Shown here: piece by piece, positions 29,996 through 34,983 of the stretch | How positions within the stretch are numbered: the first letter of the stretch is position 1 | Layout of the letters: each line of letters opens with the position of its first letter | Assembly (NCBI GenBank): GCA_030830875.1 | Contig: JAURMD010000145.1 | Span: 1-34,983, forward strand | Reading direction: 5' to 3' | Source: Thermoplasmatota archaeon | Lineage (GTDB): Archaea; Thermoplasmatota; Poseidoniia; Poseidoniales; Poseidoniaceae | Length of the DNA stretch: 34,983 nt | Translations under genes and position numbers: made by a program | The notes under the pieces: generated by a model | Databases searched by the model: none | The model's input: the letters and a program-made list of their open reading frames with translations, nothing else | What the model was told of the DNA's origin: nothing

Positions 29996-31768
29996 ATGGC
30001 TCTCATCCACCTCCATGTCGACGCCACCAACGGATCGTCCCGTCGCCTGAGTGCGGCCACAGAGGTCTGCGGGCCCTTCCCCTTGGGCAGGATCAACTTC
30101 GCCTTCCCACGTTGGGTTCCCGGCTCGTACATGCTCCGTGAACAGGTGCAGTACATCGATAACATCTCGGCGGAGGACGACAAGGGCTCGGTGCTGAAGG
30201 TCGTCCGTCCCGACCCTCACCGGCTCCGCATCCGCGTACCGGAGGGCGCCACTTCCGTTCGTGTGAACTACGAAGTGCTTGGCCTGGAGATGAGCGTCCG
30301 CTCCACTCACCTTGACGCGACACACCTTCACCTCATGCCCCCTTTCACGTGGTACCTCCCTGAGGACCCAACACTCTGGAGCGAGGGGGCGGAGGTCCAC
30401 CTTCGCCTCCCCGAAGCGTGGACACCGTTCACCCAGTTGCAACAATCGGCCGCGAAGAATGGCTACCATCGCTTCGTCGCAGAGGACCGGGACGCACTCT
30501 TGGACGGCATCATCGAAGCAAACGCCGGACCAGTGCGCCGGTTCGATGTGGACGGTCGCCCACACGTGTTGACCGTGTGGGACAGTGGAAGCTTGCCCGT
30601 GAACGAAGACCGACTCGACGCCTTTGTCCACGATGCGACCCTCATCGCCAAGGAACATCATGCCCTCTTCGGCGTTCCTACCTCGGACCCGTACGTCATC
30701 GTCCTCCACCTTACCGACGGTGCTCGAGGAGGTCTTGAGCACACAGGATCACAGACGTCCATGATGCCAAGGTCGTGCCTTCAACCCGGAGAAAAGGCGG
30801 GGTACAGGGACCTGCTAAGCCTGTTTAGCCACGAATATGTGCATCAATGGAACGTGAAGCGCCTTCGCCCGAAGGCGTTTTTGGACTACGACCTGTCGCG
30901 CGAAATCCCGACAGACTTGCTGTGGTGGTTTGAGGGAGGAACCTCGTGGATCGGAGACCTCGTCTGCCTCCGCTCTGGTGCATGGTCCGAACAAGATTGG
31001 AAGGATGAATTCGCACTGAAACTTGCTCGTCATCGGCCACGCCACGGATGCGCGCACGAATCCCTTGCTGAAGCCAGCGAAACAGCGTGGGTCCACCTCT
31101 ACCGCAGCAACGCCTACACGAGTGAACGACGCATCAGTTACTACCTGCAGGGTGAACTGGCCATGATGGCCCTCGACGTGGAACTCCGTCGCCGAAGCCG
31201 AGGTGCGAAGGGATTGGATGACGTCATGGCGAGCGCGGTGCGATTGCACGCGCGTGATGGACAGGAACCAGGCGTGGACCACCGGCGGCTTCGATCGCTG
31301 CTGACGTCAACGACGGGGGGTCGACGCCTTGGGTCCTTGATGGACCGCTTGATGACCGAACGTTCACCGCCACCTGTTGAAGGCACCCTTGCGATGCTCG
31401 GGTTTTCGCTCGAGGTTAAGGGCGAAAACGAGGAAGAACGAGGAGGATGGCTTGGAATTGGCCTTCGCAACGACGCAGGGCAAGTTCGACTCACGTCGCA
31501 CCACGAAGGGTCACCCCTTCGCGACGTTGTACAACCTGGCGACGAAATCATCGCGGTAGCCGGGCATCGCGTCACGACCTCGGAGGACCTGCGTCGTGCC
31601 CTTGCAGGTCGAGGGGGCCAGACCGTTGACGTCCTCTATAGCCACGAAGGCGCCGTTGGAACCGCCCACGTCTCGCTTGGCCTCGCCAGCGACCATGCAT
31701 CGGTCACGGTCGGTGGCCGAGGAAACAGCCTATGGCGCCGCATCACATCGAGCCGGCAGGGTGCCTGA
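29996..31768 (+). CDS. M61-family glycyl aminopeptidase with C-terminal PDZ domain
   Basis: FSHEYVHQWNVKRLRP is the M61 HEYxHxWNVKRxRP signature, followed by WWFEGGTSW. The C-terminal PDZ-like segment is GWLGIGLRNDAGQVRLTSHHEGSPLRDVVQPGDEIIAVAGHRV. I prefer ATG 29996 over the TTG at 29990. Confidence 0.8.
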   Translation: MALIHLHVDATNGSSRRLSAATEVCGPFPLGRINFAFPRWVPGSYMLREQVQYIDNISAEDDKGSVLKVVRPDPHRLRIRVPEGATSVRVNYEVLGLEMSVRSTHLDATHLHLMPPFTWYLPEDPTLWSEGAEVHLRLPEAWTPFTQLQQSAAKNGYHRFVAEDRDALLDGIIEANAGPVRRFDVDGRPHVLTVWDSGSLPVNEDRLDAFVHDATLIAKEHHALFGVPTSDPYVIVLHLTDGARGGLEHTGSQTSMMPRSCLQPGEKAGYRDLLSLFSHEYVHQWNVKRLRPKAFLDYDLSREIPTDLLWWFEGGTSWIGDLVCLRSGAWSEQDWKDEFALKLARHRPRHGCAHESLAEASETAWVHLYRSNAYTSERRISYYLQGELAMMALDVELRRRSRGAKGLDDVMASAVRLHARDGQEPGVDHRRLRSLLTSTTGGRRLGSLMDRLMTERSPPPVEGTLAMLGFSLEVKGENEEERGGWLGIGLRNDAGQVRLTSHHEGSPLRDVVQPGDEIIAVAGHRVTTSEDLRRALAGRGGQTVDVLYSHEGAVGTAHVSLGLASDHASVTVGGRGNSLWRRITSSRQGA

Positions 31769-32147
31769 GCTTGTCAAGTGGCACCTCACAGGTCACATCC
31801 AACCCTGTCACGTCGTGCATCGTGGTCTTTGGTGGCATGAGCGACCCCGAGAGGGCCGCCTCGACCACCAAGGACGGATCAAGCGCGACCGAGGAGGCAC
31901 GCCACACAGCAGGCAAGGTTGCGGCATCAACGACGAGCACGGGCACCTGCATGAGCCCGAGACGACGTGCAACGGCCAGACGATGATGACCATCAAGCAC
32001 CACGCCGTGTTGGTGCTCAACCACGATGCGCCGTCGAACCGAACCCCAGCGCACGTGGATGTGCAGGGAGTTCCTCACGTTGCGCTCCTTGACCTTCTCA
32101 TGCGGACGAAGGACGTCCAGCGGCAGCATGTCGGCACCAATCTGCAC
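31743..32147 (-). CDS. ParB/sulfiredoxin-fold (ParB N-terminal nuclease-like) domain protein
   Basis: LPLDVLRPHEKVKERNV...RRIVVEHQHGVVLDGHHRLAVARRLGLMQVPVLVVD matches the ParB/Srx N-terminal domain with a DGHHR motif. The track start 32147 is GTG; ATG 32129 is an alternative. Confidence 0.6.
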   Translation of the reverse strand: MQIGADMLPLDVLRPHEKVKERNVRNSLHIHVRWGSVRRRIVVEHQHGVVLDGHHRLAVARRLGLMQVPVLVVDAATLPAVWRASSVALDPSLVVEAALSGSLMPPKTTMHDVTGLDVTCEVPLDKLRHPAGSM

Positions 32148-32169
32148 GTCTCAACGCCAGCGCGCTGCG

Positions 32170-32179
32170 ATAAGGATAT
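32170..32179. promoter_or_regulatory. A/T-rich TATA-like element (ATAAGGATAT) between the divergent ParB-like and nucleotidyltransferase genes
   Basis: This is the only A/T-rich block in the spacer. It is centred about 31 nt from ATG 32206 on the plus strand and about 27 nt from GTG 32147 on the minus strand. Confidence 0.35.
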
Positions 32180-32205
32180 GTCGCGATGGGCGTGCAGTGA
32201 ATCCG

Positions 32206-33513
32206 ATGGCTGCGGGCTCCAGCGACGGTGTTCCGCTCCCACCAGCGCTTGAAGCATGGCTGGACGGATTGCTCAGCGATCCACAAGGCCTGCGTGAGGT
32301 TCTGAACCGGCTTCATGAGATTGGATGCCGCACGTGGTTGGTGGGAGGATGCGTTCGGGACGCGTTGAGCGACGTATCCGGGCATGACGTGGACCTTGCC
32401 GTCGACCTTGAGCCGGCTGACCTCCTCACGGCATTTGGAGCGCGCGCCAAGGATACAGGTGCCGATTTTGGAACCGTCACCTTGCTGGCGGCGAATGGCG
32501 CACTGTATCAGGCGACAACGTTGCGAATCGATGGCATCTACCTCGACGGTCGTCGACCGACCAACGTCGAGCATACTACCAACCTCTCTGAGGATTTGGC
32601 ACGGCGGGACCTGACGATCAATGCGATGGCCGTGGACCCTCGGGGGCGGCGCCTCGTAGATCTTCACGGAGGCCGACGGGATTTGGAAGAAGGCGTCCTC
32701 CGGGCGGTCGGTAACGCCACGGAACGACTTCAAGAAGACGCCTTGCGCATCCTCCGCGTCTACCGCTTTGCCGCTCAAGCACGAACGGATGGTGGGCGTT
32801 GGAGGGTTGAGAGGGCGCTACGCGAGGCCTTGGCAAGCAGCGCGAGCCGACTCCACCTTGTGGCGCAAGAACGCGTTTGGCACGAACTGCAACGGCTGCT
32901 CCGCGGCCAGCACGCGCTGCACGTCCTGTGGATGATGCACGAGGATGGCGTGATGCAGAAGGTGCTCCCTCAGGCCAACCTCGCCACCTCTGGACTTGCT
33001 CACTTCAGTTTCCAAGACGACGATGGGCGAGCAGAAGGATACCTCGCATTGCTGCTCGCCGACCTCAACAAGGATGAGGTTACGGCTTGTTTACGAGCGT
33101 TGACCGCACCGCGCCGGGTGACTGAACGCGTGATCAGGCTCCATCGCTCCTTGGACCACGCCCCTCCAACGCGGCCGTCTGAGGTGCGTTTGCTTCACCA
33201 TCGATGGAGGGGGGACGTCCACCTTCACGTCAGCACCGCGAGGAGCCGCGACGCTTTGAGGGGGGGACGAGCCTGGGACGACGCGGATGACCTCATTCAG
33301 TCCACGCCTTCGGCGCGGAAGCCTGAGCCTTTGCTCGACGGGCACGCCATCATGGCAGCCACGGGCCTCACGAAGGGCGAACGGCTAGGGCGGCTGAAAA
33401 CATGGTTGCATCGCATCCAACTTGAACAGGACGTCACCGAAGAAAGCGTCATGCTGGGTCACCTTGGCCGTCTCCCTTGGAACGGACCGTTTGAGGAGTG
33501 GCCGGGGCTTTGA
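32206..33513 (+). CDS. Class II (bacterial/eukaryotic-type) tRNA nucleotidyltransferase / poly(A) polymerase family protein (CCA-adding-like)
   Basis: I use internal ATG 32206 (MAAGSSDGVPLP...). Motifs are WLVGGCVRDAL, HDVDLAV (motif A), RRDLTINAMA (motif B) and EDALRILRVYRFAAQ (the EDxxR motif D). No HD domain is evident. Confidence 0.75.
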   Translation: MAAGSSDGVPLPPALEAWLDGLLSDPQGLREVLNRLHEIGCRTWLVGGCVRDALSDVSGHDVDLAVDLEPADLLTAFGARAKDTGADFGTVTLLAANGALYQATTLRIDGIYLDGRRPTNVEHTTNLSEDLARRDLTINAMAVDPRGRRLVDLHGGRRDLEEGVLRAVGNATERLQEDALRILRVYRFAAQARTDGGRWRVERALREALASSASRLHLVAQERVWHELQRLLRGQHALHVLWMMHEDGVMQKVLPQANLATSGLAHFSFQDDDGRAEGYLALLLADLNKDEVTACLRALTAPRRVTERVIRLHRSLDHAPPTRPSEVRLLHHRWRGDVHLHVSTARSRDALRGGRAWDDADDLIQSTPSARKPEPLLDGHAIMAATGLTKGERLGRLKTWLHRIQLEQDVTEESVMLGHLGRLPWNGPFEEWPGL

Positions 33514-33559
33514 GCCGCATCGGCCACATCTTCAAATCAAACGCACCGTATGACCTCCC

Positions 33560-34393
33560 ATGAGCAACATCCTGGTTGAGGTTGCCCGAAAGGAGGCTCG
33601 GCGGCGGTTGGAAGCCCGCGGCGTTGACACAGCCGTCATCGATCGCCTCCCTTCCATCGAAGACGGATTTGTGGTCTGGTTGTCTCGCTCCGGCATGGCG
33701 ATGGAAGCCATCGACGACATGATGCAATCGAGGGGTGGCTTCGTCGACCGTGTTGAACTTGAGCATGTGGTCAAGCAAACCACAGGGCATGAACCGCCTG
33801 AATGGGTCCTTGACCTTCTGATGACCTCAATGGACGCCAGCGGAGACGGTCTTGTCACGACCACCGAGTTGTGGAGGTGGGCTGCAGCGCGTGGCCTGGA
33901 CGTCCCGGAGTCGTTGATGACAGACCGGGAGGGGGCGGCGGACGAGGTCAACGCGGAGGAATCACCTGAGAGCGAAGGCGTTGAAGGCATTGGCCCTGAA
34001 CCGACGGAAATGGAAACCGCTGAGAGCGCTGTTTCAGAACCTGTCGCTACGCAGCCAGTTCAACCCGCGCCGGTGGTCACCTCAGCCGTGCCCGACCTCA
34101 CCTCCGTCTTCACCGTGCTTGGACAGAACCGACGTGGCGTCGAAATCGCCGCCGCTGTTGCCGCGAACCCACAACGTTTCCTCATCACGGGCAGCATCGT
34201 GGATGGGCGAGCAACCCTGCTTGGTGAGCAAAGGTGGCGACGGGGCCGTACGGTTGGTGTGAAGACCGACGTCGGGGTGATTGACCTGCAGGTGCCGGAA
34301 GACGTGCCCGTTCCTTCAGTGAACGTCGCCGTTGAAGCCACACTCGCGGGTTGGAACCGTGGTCTTGCCCGGCCCGTGTTTCGGACGTGTTGA
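33560..34393 (+). CDS. Hypothetical protein with a canonical EF-hand loop, an acidic linker and a C-terminal beta-rich domain
   Basis: 277-aa ORF. DASGDGLVTTTE fits the 12-residue EF-hand consensus (D-x-S-x-D-G-x-V-x-x-x-E). The Glu/Pro-rich linker is EESPESEGVEGIGPEPTEMETAES. An A/T-rich block, TTCAAATCAAAC, lies about 24 nt upstream of the ATG. Confidence 0.55.
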   Translation: MSNILVEVARKEARRRLEARGVDTAVIDRLPSIEDGFVVWLSRSGMAMEAIDDMMQSRGGFVDRVELEHVVKQTTGHEPPEWVLDLLMTSMDASGDGLVTTTELWRWAAARGLDVPESLMTDREGAADEVNAEESPESEGVEGIGPEPTEMETAESAVSEPVATQPVQPAPVVTSAVPDLTSVFTVLGQNRRGVEIAAAVAANPQRFLITGSIVDGRATLLGEQRWRRGRTVGVKTDVGVIDLQVPEDVPVPSVNVAVEATLAGWNRGLARPVFRTC

Positions 34394-34396
34394 AAC

Positions 34397-34983
34397 TCAG
34401 CGCAAACTTCGTCCGATCACAAGGCGCTGCACTTCTTGGGTGCCCTCGTAGATTTGCGTGATCTTAGCATCACGGAAGAAGCGCTCAACGGGGAATTCCT
34501 TGGTGTACCCATAGCCTCCCAAGACCTGGATAGCACGCTCGCTGACCCACATGGCCGTGTCGCCTGCGAAGAGTTTGGCCATGCTGGCTTCCTTGGTATG
34601 GCGGGGACCTCCAGAGGCATAGTGGTGGTGCTTCACGGCCGCGGCTCGGTAGACAAGCAGCCGTGCAGCATCAATTCGAGTGGCCATGTCTGCGAGGTAA
34701 GCCGTGATCATCTGATGGCTGGCGATTGAGCGGCCGAAGGTTTCACGCTCGTGCGCGTACTTCAACGCCGCTTCGTAGGCACCTTGAGCAATTCCAAGGG
34801 CCTGCGCGGCGATCCCAATTCGGCTGTTGTCAAGCGCGTTCATCGCGATGGGGAAGCCCTCACCCGCTCCCTTCAGCACGTTGCCTACGGGCACCTTGCA
34901 ATCGTTCAGGACGAGGGTGCACGTGTCCGAGGAGCGTATGCCCAACTTGTCCTCCTTTTTGCCGACGGAGAAGCCTTCGAAGG
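34397..34983 (-). CDS. Acyl-CoA dehydrogenase (short/medium-chain type), C-terminal part; N-terminus lies beyond the right edge
   Basis: Contains [49 protein letters not shown] and the catalytic-Glu region [26 protein letters not shown]. The frame stays open upstream of the track's TTG to the window end ([18 protein letters not shown]). Confidence 0.9.
   Translation of the reverse strand, partial: FEGFSVGKKEDKLGIRSSDTCTLVLNDCKVPVGNVLKGAGEGFPIAMNALDNSRIGIAAQALGIAQGAYEAALKYAHERETFGRSIASHQMITAYLADMATRIDAARLLVYRAAAVKHHHYASGGPRHTKEASMAKLFAGDTAMWVSERAIQVLGGYGYTKEFPVERFFRDAKITQIYEGTQEVQRLVIGRSLR

Noticed and set aside
29678-30742. 354-aa minus-strand ORF
   Set aside because: It is antisense to the M61 peptidase, whose HEYVHQWNVKRLRP signature and PDZ domain are diagnostic. 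It also overlaps the Smr-like ORF. Its translation is Arg/Ser/Val-rich without motifs.

Overview
The window is GC-rich by eye and extremely gene-dense. It reads as an archaeal chromosome segment, probably from a marine planktonic euryarchaeote. That lineage call is an inference from RPA, Hel308 and Cgi121 occurring alongside gyrase and many surface-anchored peptidases. I support about 27 protein-coding genes and found no rRNA, tRNA, CRISPR array, transposase or integrase by eye.

Gene content, left to right:
- A tightly coupled minus-strand string runs from 7799 to the left edge: Hel308 helicase (split by an apparent 1-nt frameshift), Cgi121, TldD, PmbA, a possible 69-aa bridging ORF, and RPA. 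RPA runs off the left edge and is missing from the ORF track; I found it by manual translation.
- Next come a small membrane protein, an SprT-like Zn protease coupled to a 661-aa exported or membrane protein, a PaaI thioesterase, an AstE/AspA-family deacylase and a LeuA/HMGL-like synthase.
- gyrB and gyrA follow, with gyrA using a TTG start behind a near-perfect Shine-Dalgarno (SD) sequence, and then type I aroD.
- A surface proteolysis cluster contains a roughly 1400-aa HExxH gluzincin with at least 5 PKD domains, a stop/start-coupled membrane partner, a divergent M28 peptidase and a CarboxypepD_reg membrane protein.
- The remaining genes are a thymidylate-kinase-like protein with an atypical P-loop and a roughly 220-aa C-terminal extension, a DUF2085 protein, a membrane-anchored degenerate Smr-domain protein, an M61-PDZ aminopeptidase, a ParB/Srx-like protein divergent from a bacterial-type class II CCA/poly(A)-family nucleotidyltransferase, an EF-hand-containing hypothetical, and a partial acyl-CoA dehydrogenase.

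I did not find a clear-cut novel multi-gene system such as a defence island. The region is mostly core. The findings are individually modest oddities: the frameshift, unusual fusions, degenerate catalytic motifs, shared TATA boxes between divergent genes, and convergent gene ends with no spacer.
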